This document shows, piece by piece, positions 1 to 8,906 of a stretch of 64,000 bases of DNA (positions within the stretch are counted from its first letter, which is position 1; every line of letters starts with the position of its first letter). The stretch spans positions 16,047 through 80,046 of the forward strand of contig JANQEG010000128.1 of NCBI GenBank assembly GCA_028278505.1, read 5' to 3'. This DNA is from Rhodobiaceae bacterium (GTDB lineage: Bacteria > Pseudomonadota > Alphaproteobacteria > Rhizobiales > JAKPQE01). A program made the translations under genes and the position numbers. The notes beneath the pieces are model-generated. The model made no database searches, was not told the DNA's origin, and saw only the letters and a program-made list of their open reading frames with translations.

Positions 1-755
1 CGATTGCCGTCGATGCGCTGGGGTCCGACCGGGTGCATTGCGTGATGCTGCCCTATCGCTACACCGCCGAAGACTCGATCGCCGATGCGGCGGCTTGTGC
101 CGATGCGCTCGGGGTGCGCTACGACACCGTGCCGATCGCCGCGCCGGTGGAAGGCTTCGACCACGCCTTGACGCCGCTCTTCGACGGTCTGGCGCCCGAC
201 GTGACCGAAGAAAATCTGCAGTCGCGGGCCCGCGGCACCATCCTGATGGCGGTCTCCAACAAGTTCGGCGCGATGGTGGTGACGACGGGCAACAAGTCGG
301 AGATGTCGGTCGGCTATGCGACGCTCTACGGCGACATGAATGGCGGCTTCAACCCGATCAAGGATCTCTATAAGACCGAGGTCTATGGGCTGGCCCGCTG
401 GCGCAATAAGAACCGGCCCGACGGCCTGCTCGGGCCGGCCGGAACCGTCATCCCGCAGAACATCATCGACAAGGCGCCGAGCGCGGAGTTGCGCGAGAAC
501 CAGACCGACCAGGATTCGCTGCCACCCTATGATGTGCTCGACGGCATCCTGCAGTGCCTGGTGGAGCAGGAGATGGGCCATAGCGAGATCGTCGCCGCGG
601 GCTATGACGAGGCCACCGTGTCGCGCATCGAACACCTGCTCTACATCGCCGAATATAAGCGCCGCCAGGCCGCACCGGGCGTCAAGATCACCCGCAAGAG
701 CTTCGGCCGCGACCGGCGTTATCCGATTACCAACAGGTTCCGCGACCGGGAGTAA
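1..755 (+). CDS. nadE: NAD+ synthetase, C-terminal part (5' end outside window)
   Basis: The frame is open to the left edge. The translation contains the NAD-synthase core 'VVTTGNKSEMSVGYATLYGDMNGGFNPIKDLYKTEVY'. Confidence 0.85.
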   Translation, partial: IAVDALGSDRVHCVMLPYRYTAEDSIADAAACADALGVRYDTVPIAAPVEGFDHALTPLFDGLAPDVTEENLQSRARGTILMAVSNKFGAMVVTTGNKSEMSVGYATLYGDMNGGFNPIKDLYKTEVYGLARWRNKNRPDGLLGPAGTVIPQNIIDKAPSAELRENQTDQDSLPPYDVLDGILQCLVEQEMGHSEIVAAGYDEATVSRIEHLLYIAEYKRRQAAPGVKITRKSFGRDRRYPITNRFRDRE

Positions 756-838
756 TTGTGCCGCCGCCGCCTCCGACGGCGCGTGTTGTGCTATAGTGGT
801 TCAACGCCATCGCCCCGCCGCTGAGTTGAGCTAAACTA

Positions 839-2683
839 ATGTTTTTCAGATCAAACCTCTGCGTTCTCGCCGTCGCGCTGACGATGGTCGGGACAACGCC
901 CGCTGTTTCCGACGAGACCTATCTTGCGCAGACGGATCAGGTCGAAATCACCTTCTGGGAGAGCGTAAAGGACAGCGCCGATCCGGCCGAGCTCAAGGCC
1001 TATCTGGCGGCCTATCCGGACGGCAAATTCGCAGCGCTGGCGCGGATCAGGATCGAGCGGCTGGAGAACAGCAAGGCAGAAGCGCCGGTCGATGGCGAAG
1101 CGGAAGCGGCAGCATTGCCGCCTGTCAGCCCAACCGATCTCGGCGTTTTGTCGATCGCCCCGCTCAATGAGGCCACCCGTGCTGAATACGGGGTCGACGA
1201 GGCGGCGACCGGCGTTGTGGTGACGGAGGTGGTCGCCGATGACGCGACCACGCCGGTCGATGTAAAAGTCGGTGACCTCGTCACCGAGATCGACGGTGCA
1301 CCGGTTGCGACGCCTGAAGAGGCCGTTGCTTTGGTGAGCGCCGGCAAAGCATCGAAGCGGCGGGTGGCGGTTTTCAGCGTCGTCTCCGATGGCGCCGAGC
1401 CGCGTTTTGCGGTCATTGCTTTTGCGGACCTTAACGTGACGGCACCCCAAGCGGCTGCAGATGCGGCGGCCGAGCCGGCACCGTCAGCCGCCTTAGAAAC
1501 TGGCGAGCGGCTCGCCGTCCCTGTGCGTTTGAAAGGATATACGGACAATGAAGGCCGCGAACGCGGCCGCCTCGGCGTGCAGATTTCGAGTGTCAGCGAG
1601 TTGCTGGGCGAGGCCATCGGCATCGAGACGCAGGACGGAGCCTTAATCTTGGACGTCATCGCCGATGGTGCCGGGGAAGCCGCCGGATTGAAGGTCGCAG
1701 ATATCGTCCTGGCGATTGACGGGCGCAAAGTGGCGGGCATGGCGGATCTGGTGAACATCATCCAAAGCTATTCGCCCGGCGCCGAAATAGAGGTGACGGT
1801 CTGGCGTGGCGAAAAGGGTGCGGAGACGATTATCGACCTAACGAAACGGCTTGCCGAAAGCGGAAACGGCCAGGCCGCTTTTGAGTTGGGTGGACGGTAC
1901 AGCAATGGAAATCTGGTCGAGAAGGACGAAGCGACGGCGGCACGATATTACCGAATGGGCGCGGAAGCGGGACATCCCGCGGCGATGACCGCCTATGGCT
2001 ATGTCTTGGCATTGGGCACGGGTGTTGCGAAGAACCAGCCGGAAAGCGTCGAATGGTACCGAAAGGCTGCCAATGCCGGGGATATGGGTGGCGTGTACCA
2101 ACTGGCTCACGCCCATGATTACGGATTGGGCGTGACCCAGGACCGGGCCGAGGCCACCCGCTGGTATCGAAAGGCCGCCGATGCCGGAAATCAATACGCG
2201 ATGAACCGCCTTGGGATTTTCTATGAGCAGGGCTGGGGCGTTGGACAGGACGCCGCGGAAGCCGCGCGCTGGTTCCAGGCCGCGAGCGACAAAGGGCATG
2301 CCGAATCCGCAAACCGCATAGGATCGGCCTATTTTTCGGGCGTTGGCGTGCCGACGGATGAGGCGAAGGGTGTGGCGTTCTTCCGCAAATCCGCCGAACT
2401 CGGAAATGGCTGGGGCATGTTCAACCTGGCCATGAGCCTCTACAACGGCAATGGCGTGGAGCGGGACCGGCAACAGGCCGCCAAATGGGTCATCGAAGGG
2501 CTACGAAAAGCGGGGCCGGGCCTGGCGGAATCCGTATTCGAAAAGTCCAAAACCTACGATGTAGCGACCCGGAAATGGCTGCAGCGGGTGCTGCGCAACG
2601 CCGGCGCCTATACCGGGCGCATCGACGGTATATTCGGGCCGAAAGTAAAGCAGGCGCTCGAAGCGGTCGCCCGACAGGGATGA
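839..2683 (+). CDS. Secreted multidomain protein: signal peptide, two PDZ-like segments, Sel1/TPR-like repeats, C-terminal peptidoglycan-binding-like domain
   Basis: N-terminal hydrophobic signal '[18 protein letters not shown]'. PDZ-like '[16 protein letters not shown]'. Repeated 'A..WYRKAA..G...A...LG..Y..G.GV' units typical of Sel1 repeats. C-terminal '[18 protein letters not shown]' resembles PG_binding_1. Confidence 0.7.
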   Translation: MFFRSNLCVLAVALTMVGTTPAVSDETYLAQTDQVEITFWESVKDSADPAELKAYLAAYPDGKFAALARIRIERLENSKAEAPVDGEAEAAALPPVSPTDLGVLSIAPLNEATRAEYGVDEAATGVVVTEVVADDATTPVDVKVGDLVTEIDGAPVATPEEAVALVSAGKASKRRVAVFSVVSDGAEPRFAVIAFADLNVTAPQAAADAAAEPAPSAALETGERLAVPVRLKGYTDNEGRERGRLGVQISSVSELLGEAIGIETQDGALILDVIADGAGEAAGLKVADIVLAIDGRKVAGMADLVNIIQSYSPGAEIEVTVWRGEKGAETIIDLTKRLAESGNGQAAFELGGRYSNGNLVEKDEATAARYYRMGAEAGHPAAMTAYGYVLALGTGVAKNQPESVEWYRKAANAGDMGGVYQLAHAHDYGLGVTQDRAEATRWYRKAADAGNQYAMNRLGIFYEQGWGVGQDAAEAARWFQAASDKGHAESANRIGSAYFSGVGVPTDEAKGVAFFRKSAELGNGWGMFNLAMSLYNGNGVERDRQQAAKWVIEGLRKAGPGLAESVFEKSKTYDVATRKWLQRVLRNAGAYTGRIDGIFGPKVKQALEAVARQG

Positions 2684-2699
2684 GCCCTCAGCTTGCGTT

Positions 2700-3188
2700 T
2701 CACATTGCGCGCTTCCGCGGGACGGTGCCGATCCCGTTCCGCTTCAACTCATCGAGGATCATGGTCAGCGCGGTCTCAAGCGCTGCGGCGATGGTGGCCG
2801 TAAGCTCGAGCCCAAGATCGAGGCTCTGCGGCACCACGCCGATGATGACGATCCGGCGCGGGTCTTCGTCCGACAGTCGCAAGCTCGCCAGCACGTCGGC
2901 AAGGCCGATCTGGTGCGGCGACATCCTTGTGCGGAAGAACGCTTTGATCTCCTCGTCGGCGAGGCGGATCACCGTGCCGGGCGCCGCATCGGCGCGCAGC
3001 GCATCGGCGACGATCAGGAGATCGCGGCCGGCGATCTGGTCGAGAAGATCCATGCCCGACGTGCCGCCGTCGAGGGTTTCGACGCTTTCGGGCAGGGCGT
3101 AGCGGTCGTCGAGGGCCTCGACGATGCGCACGCCGACGCCCTCATCGGACAGGAGGATGTTGCCGAGGCCGAGGACGAGGACGTTCAT
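2700..3188 (-). CDS. hybD: [NiFe] hydrogenase maturation endopeptidase (HybD/HupD family)
   Basis: 'MNVLVLGLGNILLSDEGVGVRIVEAL...LDGGTSGMDLL' is the typical HyaD/HybD N-terminus. The gene lies downstream of the large-subunit gene on the same strand. Confidence 0.85.
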   Translation of the reverse strand: MNVLVLGLGNILLSDEGVGVRIVEALDDRYALPESVETLDGGTSGMDLLDQIAGRDLLIVADALRADAAPGTVIRLADEEIKAFFRTRMSPHQIGLADVLASLRLSDEDPRRIVIIGVVPQSLDLGLELTATIAAALETALTMILDELKRNGIGTVPRKRAM

Positions 3189-3238
3189 AGGACCGAATAG
3201 GCCGTGTCGTTCCGTTTGCGAAAGCCGGTGCCGATATC

Positions 3239-3388
3239 GTCCCCTCCCCCTTGTGGGGAGGGACAGGGTGGGTGTCGGAAATTAGCCAGATCATACCCTC
3301 TGGTTCGCTCACCTGATTTCGCGTTCGCTTCGCTCACACGTATTTTTCTTGACCCCCTAACCTAACCTTCCCCCACAAGGGGGGAAGG
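3239..3388. repeat. Bipartite GC-rich hairpin repeat (REP-like), copy 1
   Basis: Two hairpins, 'gtcccctcccccttgtggggagggac' (3239-3264) and 'ccttcccccacaaggggggaagg' (3366-3388), separated by about 100 bp. The same architecture recurs at 25393-25537. Confidence 0.55.
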
Positions 3389-3495
3389 AATTCGGCCGCA
3401 CGACCGGCTCGCCCATTCATCAAATCGCCGACGATGGCGAGATCGGACAGGCGCATGAAAACACGCGCACTGCCAGACCAGGGCAAGATCACGGC

Positions 3496-5202
3496 TCACA
3501 GCGCCTTGACGCTGACGATCGGCCGGTTGTCGGCGTCGGTCATGTGGATCGCGCAGGCCAGGCACGGATCGAAGGAATGCACCGTGCGCAGCACTTCGAG
3601 CGGCTTTTCCGGATCGGCGACGGGATTGTCCATCAGCGAGGCCTCATAGGGGCCGATGGCATCGTTGTGGTCGCGCGGACCCGCGTTCCATGTCGACGGT
3701 ACCACCGCCTGATAGTTCTTGATGCGGCCGTCCTCGACCACCACCCAATGGGACAGCACGCCGCGCGGCGCTTCGTGGAAGCCGACGCCGCGGACCTCGC
3801 CCTTGGGGAACACCGGCCGGTTAAAAGTGTCGAAATCGCCTTTGGCGATGTTGTCGACGAGAAGCTGCCACTGGTTCTGCAGCGCCTCGTGCAGGACCGC
3901 GCAGCGGACCGCGCGCGCGGCGATGCGGCCGATGGTGGAATGCAGCGCGGTCAGCGGGATGTCGGTGCCGGCAACCGCGCTCGCCGCCTTGACGAGCTTG
4001 GTGAGGTGACGCTTGGTCGGCTCGTGGCCGGCGGCATACATCGCCAGCACGTTGGCGAGCGGCCCGACCTGGGCGCGCTTGTCGTAGAAGGTCGGCGATT
4101 TGACCCAGGAATACTTTCCGTCGTCCTCGAAGTCGGTGTAGTTCGGATTGGTCTGGCCCTCGAAGGGGTGCAGCGAATCGGCGCCGCCCTCATAGTCGTA
4201 CCAGGAGTGCTTGACGCTTTCGGCGACGCCGTTGACGAAATAGTCGTCCGTGGTCGAGGTGATCGCCTTGAAGGCGCCGATATCGCCGTCGGGGATGTGG
4301 CCGCCCGGCAGTTCGAAGCTGGTTCCCTTGGTGTCGAGCGGCATGTCGGGCACCGACAGATAGTTGGTGATGCCGGCGCCGTAGCCGGTCCAGTCCGCAT
4401 AGAGCGCACCGACCGCGGCGACGTCGTTGATCATGGCGTTGTGGACGAAATCGCCGAGCTGGTCGATCAGCGCCTTGATGGCGTAGATGCGTTCCAGGGT
4501 CAGAGTCGACTGGCTTTCCGGATTGATCGGATTGGCGACACCGCCGACCGCCAGGTTCTGGATGTGCGGCGTCTTGGAGCCGAGGATGGCGACGATCTTG
4601 TTGGCGGTGCGCTGCACGTCGAGCGCCTGGATGTAGTGGGTCGCGGCCAGGAGGTTGACGTCCGACGGCAGCTTCATCGCAGGATGTCCCCAATAGCCGG
4701 AGGCATAGACGCCGAGCTGGCCGGTGCCGACGAAGCTGGCGAGCTTGTCCTTCACCGCCTTGATGTTGGGAACGCTGTTGGCGCTGTAATCGGACAGGCT
4801 GGCGCCGAGCGCGGCGGTCGATACGGGGTCGCCGGACAGCGCCGAGACGATGTCGACCCAGTCGAGCGCGGCCAGGTGATAGAAGTGGACGATGTGATCG
4901 TGGATGCCGTGGGCGGCCATGATCATGTTGCGGATGTACTGGGCGTTGAGCGGCACCTCCAGGTCGAGCGCGTTCTCGATCGCCCGCACCGACGTGATCG
5001 CGTGCACGGTGGTGCAGACGCCGCAGATGCGCTGGGTAAAGACCCAGGCGTCGCGCGGATCGCGGCCTTGCAGGATCAGTTCGATGCCGCGCCACATGGT
5101 GCCCGACGACCAGGCGTTGGTGACCTTGCCCCCGTCGACCTCGCAGTCGATGCGCAGATGGCCTTCGATACGGGTGATCGGATCAATGGTAATGCGGGTC
5201 AT
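3496..5202 (-). CDS. hybC: [NiFe] hydrogenase large subunit
   Basis: N-terminal 'RIEGHLRI' and 'RICGVCTTVH' (the RxCGxC Ni-binding motif). C-terminal 'DPCLACAIH' (DPCxxCxxH). Confidence 0.95.
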   Translation of the reverse strand: MTRITIDPITRIEGHLRIDCEVDGGKVTNAWSSGTMWRGIELILQGRDPRDAWVFTQRICGVCTTVHAITSVRAIENALDLEVPLNAQYIRNMIMAAHGIHDHIVHFYHLAALDWVDIVSALSGDPVSTAALGASLSDYSANSVPNIKAVKDKLASFVGTGQLGVYASGYWGHPAMKLPSDVNLLAATHYIQALDVQRTANKIVAILGSKTPHIQNLAVGGVANPINPESQSTLTLERIYAIKALIDQLGDFVHNAMINDVAAVGALYADWTGYGAGITNYLSVPDMPLDTKGTSFELPGGHIPDGDIGAFKAITSTTDDYFVNGVAESVKHSWYDYEGGADSLHPFEGQTNPNYTDFEDDGKYSWVKSPTFYDKRAQVGPLANVLAMYAAGHEPTKRHLTKLVKAASAVAGTDIPLTALHSTIGRIAARAVRCAVLHEALQNQWQLLVDNIAKGDFDTFNRPVFPKGEVRGVGFHEAPRGVLSHWVVVEDGRIKNYQAVVPSTWNAGPRDHNDAIGPYEASLMDNPVADPEKPLEVLRTVHSFDPCLACAIHMTDADNRPIVSVKAL

Positions 5203-5216
5203 GAATCACACTCCGC

Positions 5217-6368
5217 TCAGGCGTTCCGGGCCGCCGGTCGGGCATTGGCCAGGACCGGGAAGGCTTTGATGAAGATGAGGAAGAGAAGGATTTCCAACGC
5301 GATGACGCCGATCGTCACCATCAGCTCGGGAACCGACGGGAAATAGTGCCAGTTGCCGACCGGATCGTAGCCGACGAGGTAGGAATCGAGCCGGTAGAGC
5401 GATCCGGACAGAAGCAGCGCCACGGCGGCGAGGAAGCTCGCCCGCTTCGAGGCGCGGCCGGCCGGGACGAGCAACACGATGGCGGCAAACGCCATCAGCA
5501 GGTTCTCGATCCAGAACATGACGGCCTTGAGGTCGCCGACAAGGGCATAGCCGAAATCGCCGCGCCAGATCAGTTCGCCGTAGCGGAAGACGAGCCAGGC
5601 GGCGGCGAGCCCGCCGACCACCGTCGACATCTTTGACAACAGCGAGTGCTCCGAGGGCAGATCGAAGCTCTCCGAAACCACGGTCGCCTCGAAAATCACG
5701 ATGGCATAGCCCATGGCGAGCGCGCTGGTCACATAGAGCAGTGGCAGCCAGACGGTGAACCACAGCGGCGACAGCTTGGTGCCCATGACCAGCAGCGCCG
5801 AGCCGAGCGAGGACTGGTGCATGGTCGGCAACAGCACGCCGAGCGCCAGGACAACGAACATCCAGCGTTCAACGAACCGGCGCAGGCCGCTCCAGCCGAA
5901 CCGCTCCAGGACGGTCGGCGAGAATTCGATCCACAGCACCAGGATGTAGGCCATCACGCAGAGGGCGATTTCCACCATCACCGAATTGAGGTTGGTGTAC
6001 CAGGGCAGGACGAGGTTGTAGGCCTGCCAATAGCGACCGAGATCGAAGAGCACGGCGAAACCGCCGAGGGTGTAGCCGAACAGGGCGCCGAGCAGCGCCG
6101 GGCGGACCAGCGGATGGTATTCGCCGCGGTTGAAGACGTAGACGAGCAGCGCCATGGCGAAGCCGCCGCAGCCGAGGGCGGTGCCGATGACGATATCGAC
6201 CACGACCCAGGTGCCCCAGGGATAGCCCGGATTGATGTTGGTGACGGCGCCGAGGCCGTACAGGTAGCGCTGGACGATGAAGTAGACGGCGATCGCCACG
6301 ATGACGGCGAGCACGATCGTCGTCGGCGTGATCACGGCGCGGGCGAGACGATGCGCGGTGTGGGCCAT
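5217..6368 (-). CDS. hybB: Hydrogenase-2-type integral membrane subunit (NrfD/HybB family)
   Basis: Polytopic membrane protein encoded between the FeS subunit and large-subunit genes. ATG at 6368 is preceded by a GGAGGGGA SD and lies 12 nt after the hybA stop. The ORF-track N-terminal extension was rejected. Confidence 0.85.
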   Translation of the reverse strand: MAHTAHRLARAVITPTTIVLAVIVAIAVYFIVQRYLYGLGAVTNINPGYPWGTWVVVDIVIGTALGCGGFAMALLVYVFNRGEYHPLVRPALLGALFGYTLGGFAVLFDLGRYWQAYNLVLPWYTNLNSVMVEIALCVMAYILVLWIEFSPTVLERFGWSGLRRFVERWMFVVLALGVLLPTMHQSSLGSALLVMGTKLSPLWFTVWLPLLYVTSALAMGYAIVIFEATVVSESFDLPSEHSLLSKMSTVVGGLAAAWLVFRYGELIWRGDFGYALVGDLKAVMFWIENLLMAFAAIVLLVPAGRASKRASFLAAVALLLSGSLYRLDSYLVGYDPVGNWHYFPSVPELMVTIGVIALEILLFLIFIKAFPVLANARPAARNA

Positions 6369-6379
6369 GATCCCCTCCC

Positions 6380-7384
6380 TCAGGCCTGATCTTCGCTGCC
6401 GGACTTGTCGGCGGCGTTTCGACGAACCAGGAAAACGAGGCCGACGAGGCCGATGATCGGCGCCAGCATCCATTTGTAGACGGTGTGCTGGACGCCTTCC
6501 GCCAGCCGCGCATAGGAGATGTCGCCGACCGCGGGCAATCCCAGACTGGTGAACGGCACGCCGGCGAGATAGCGCACCTGGGTGCCGCCGGCCTCGGTCA
6601 GGCCGTAGACGGCCTTTTTGTAACGCGGCACGGCCTGCTCGTGCGGCGGCCGGTCAGAGCCGATCTCGCCGCGCGGGAAGACGAAGTTTGTGCCCGGTTC
6701 GGCAGCGAGCCGGCGGTCGATCTCGCCCTGCAACTCAACGACCGGTCCGAACAGCGAGGCGCCGGTCGGGCAGACGTCGCAGCAGGCCGGGATCTTGCCC
6801 TCCTTCAGGAGGTGATTGCAGAACTGGCACTTCTGGATCCGCCCATAGGGGTCGGAGACATCGAATTGCGGCACGCCGAACGGACAGCCATAGACGCAGT
6901 AGCGGCAGCCGATGCAGCGGTCCGGGTCATGGGTGACGACGCCGGTCTCGGGATCCTTCTGCATGGCCGTGACCGGACACACCGAGATGCAGGACGGGTC
7001 GACGCAGTGCAGGCAGTGGCGCTTGACGAAGGCGTAGCCGTTGTCCTCCGCATCCTTCTGCTTTGCCGTGCCGGAGCGGAAGACCTTGATGACGTTGAGG
7101 GTCTTGCCGGACAGGCTTTCGCCGGTGTCCCAGGTATTCTCGTTCCAGGCGGCGAGTGTCGACGGGATCTCCGCCGGCATGCCATTGGCCGATTTGCAGG
7201 CGTCGACGCAGGCCTTGCAGCCGATGCAGAGCGCCGAATCGTAGAGCATGCCGATGGCTTTCTCCGGCATGTCGAGCGGCGGCCGCATCACCGCCGCGGC
7301 TTCGCCGCCGGTCGCCACGGTTGCCGCGCCCGCAGCACCCGAAAACGCGGCGCCCTTCAGAAATTGTCTGCGATCGAGGGTCAT
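6380..7384 (-). CDS. hybA: Hydrogenase-2-type 4Fe-4S ferredoxin subunit with Tat signal (HybA family)
   Basis: Twin-arginine signal 'MTLDRRQFLKGAA'. Multiple CxxCxxCxxxC ferredoxin motifs ('CIGCKACVDAC', 'CLHCVDPSCISVC', 'CIGCRYCVYGC'). C-terminal TM helix. Confidence 0.85.
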   Translation of the reverse strand: MTLDRRQFLKGAAFSGAAGAATVATGGEAAAVMRPPLDMPEKAIGMLYDSALCIGCKACVDACKSANGMPAEIPSTLAAWNENTWDTGESLSGKTLNVIKVFRSGTAKQKDAEDNGYAFVKRHCLHCVDPSCISVCPVTAMQKDPETGVVTHDPDRCIGCRYCVYGCPFGVPQFDVSDPYGRIQKCQFCNHLLKEGKIPACCDVCPTGASLFGPVVELQGEIDRRLAAEPGTNFVFPRGEIGSDRPPHEQAVPRYKKAVYGLTEAGGTQVRYLAGVPFTSLGLPAVGDISYARLAEGVQHTVYKWMLAPIIGLVGLVFLVRRNAADKSGSEDQA

Positions 7385-7406
7385 CGTTCCCACCCCTTGT
7401 CGCGGT

Positions 7407-8585
7407 TCACGCCTGTTCGCCGCCTTCAGAACCGTCCTTCTTGCCCATCTTGGACAAGAGCACCGCGCCGGCGCCGACCGCGACACCGACGGCGCCGCCG
7501 ACGACTGCCGCCGCGCCCGGGCTCATGCCGGTGCCGAGCGCCATGTCCACGTCGGGGAAGGCGGCCGGGGGCGCATAGGTCTTGACGGTGGCCAGCGAAT
7601 GGATCGGCTTGGTGAAGGCGGTCTCCTTCTCCACGCAGCCGAAGCAGGGATGGCCGATGCCGACCGGCCATTGGCCCTCGCCGACATCGCCGAAGCCGAT
7701 CGCCGGGCAGTTGGCGTAGGTTTCGGGGCCCTTGCAGCCGAGCTTGTAGAGGCAGAAGCCCTGGCGGTGGCCGTAATCGCCGAATTCGAGCGCGAAGCGG
7801 CCGGCGTCGAAATGCGGCCGCCGCTCGCAGTTCTCGTGGATCAGCCGGCCATAGGCGAATTTCGGCCGGCCCTCCTGGTCGAGCTCGGGCACCTTGCCGA
7901 AGGTCAGCACGTAGATGACGGTCGACAGGAAATTATAGGGATTGGGCGGACAGCCGGGAATCTTCACCACCGTCTTGTCGGGGATGATCTCCTGGGTGCC
8001 CTTTGCTCCGGTCGGGTTGGGGTCGGCCGACTGGATGCCGCCCCAGGAGGCACAGGAGCCGATCGAGATGATGGCGGCTGCGCCTTCGGCCGCCTCCTTG
8101 ATCAGCTCGATTTGCGTCTTGCCGCCGACCTTGCAGTGGATGCCGCCATCCTTGGTCGGACAGCCGCCCTCGGTGACCAGGACGTACTTGCCCTTGTGCT
8201 TCTCCATCATGGCGTGCTTGTAGTCGAGCGCCTGGTGGCCAGCGCCGACGCACAGCGTGTCGTGATAGTCGAGCGAGATGACGTCGAGGATCAGGCTTTC
8301 CAGCGTCGGGTGGTAGGAGCGCAGGAGCGATTCGGAGCAGCCGGTGCATTCCTGGCCGTGCAGCCAGATCACCGGCGGCCGCTCCTTGGCCTCCGCCGCT
8401 TCCGCCATTCTGACGCCGGCCGCCGTCGACAGCCCCATGGTTGCCGCCACCCCGGCGCAGAACTTCATCAGCTCGCGCCGGCTGAGCCCGATCCCGGCCT
8501 TCACCGGTTCGTCGAGATCGCGGGAGAGCACTTCTTCGAAATCTATTCTGCGGGACGAGCCCGCCTGATCCCTGGTCGCAGCCAT
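7407..8585 (-). CDS. hybO: [NiFe] hydrogenase small subunit with Tat signal and C-terminal membrane anchor
   Basis: 'SRRELMKFCAGVAATMGL' Tat leader. 'WLHGQECTGCSESLL' proximal-cluster motif. 'GCPPNP'. C-terminal hydrophobic 'GAAAVVGGAVGVAVGAGAVLL'. Confidence 0.9.
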   Translation of the reverse strand: MAATRDQAGSSRRIDFEEVLSRDLDEPVKAGIGLSRRELMKFCAGVAATMGLSTAAGVRMAEAAEAKERPPVIWLHGQECTGCSESLLRSYHPTLESLILDVISLDYHDTLCVGAGHQALDYKHAMMEKHKGKYVLVTEGGCPTKDGGIHCKVGGKTQIELIKEAAEGAAAIISIGSCASWGGIQSADPNPTGAKGTQEIIPDKTVVKIPGCPPNPYNFLSTVIYVLTFGKVPELDQEGRPKFAYGRLIHENCERRPHFDAGRFALEFGDYGHRQGFCLYKLGCKGPETYANCPAIGFGDVGEGQWPVGIGHPCFGCVEKETAFTKPIHSLATVKTYAPPAAFPDVDMALGTGMSPGAAAVVGGAVGVAVGAGAVLLSKMGKKDGSEGGEQA

Positions 8586-8647
8586 GACCCACCTCTTGCA
8601 CCGAAAGCCCTTGGACGAAGCTTACGACCGGGCGGCGGCGGGCAATG

Positions 8648-8661
8648 TTGACGCCCGTCAA
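8648..8661. promoter_or_regulatory. FixK/FNR-type box TTGAC-N4-GTCAA upstream of the hydrogenase operon
   Basis: Perfect palindrome 'ttgacgcccgtcaa' centred about 70 nt upstream of the hybO ATG at 8585. It matches the TTGA(T/C)-N4-(G/A)TCAA consensus. Confidence 0.5.
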
Positions 8662-8906
8662 TTTTTGACGGCTTGGCGGCCAGTCGAGGGTTCACAAGTT
8701 ATTGAAATTAAATATATAAATATATGAATGTTTGCTACGCAGGGTAGAATAGACAGGTTAGTCGGGTGATGGGCGAGGATTTGCCGATAGCAAGTCATGG
8801 GTGTAAAGGGCGGGGAGTGTATGTTCCCGTCGATCCCAAGCGTGTTTAAAACTGCCTTTGCTGCAGGATTAAGTCGTATGAAACCTTTTCATTAGCGCTA
8901 CATGCC

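Noticed and set aside
3544-5346. 600-aa ORF on the plus strand, antisense to the hydrogenase large-subunit gene.
   Set aside because: This is a typical high-GC shadow ORF. It is Arg/Gly/Asp/Val-rich with no motifs and lies fully inside a gene with unambiguous [NiFe] large-subunit signatures on the other strand.
8760-8840. 26-codon ORF (MGEDLPIASHGCKGRGVYVPVDPKRV) upstream of the RelA/SpoT-fusion gene, considered as a small partner or antitoxin.
   Set aside because: It has no SD, is very short and has no recognisable features. There is no support from the sequence alone.
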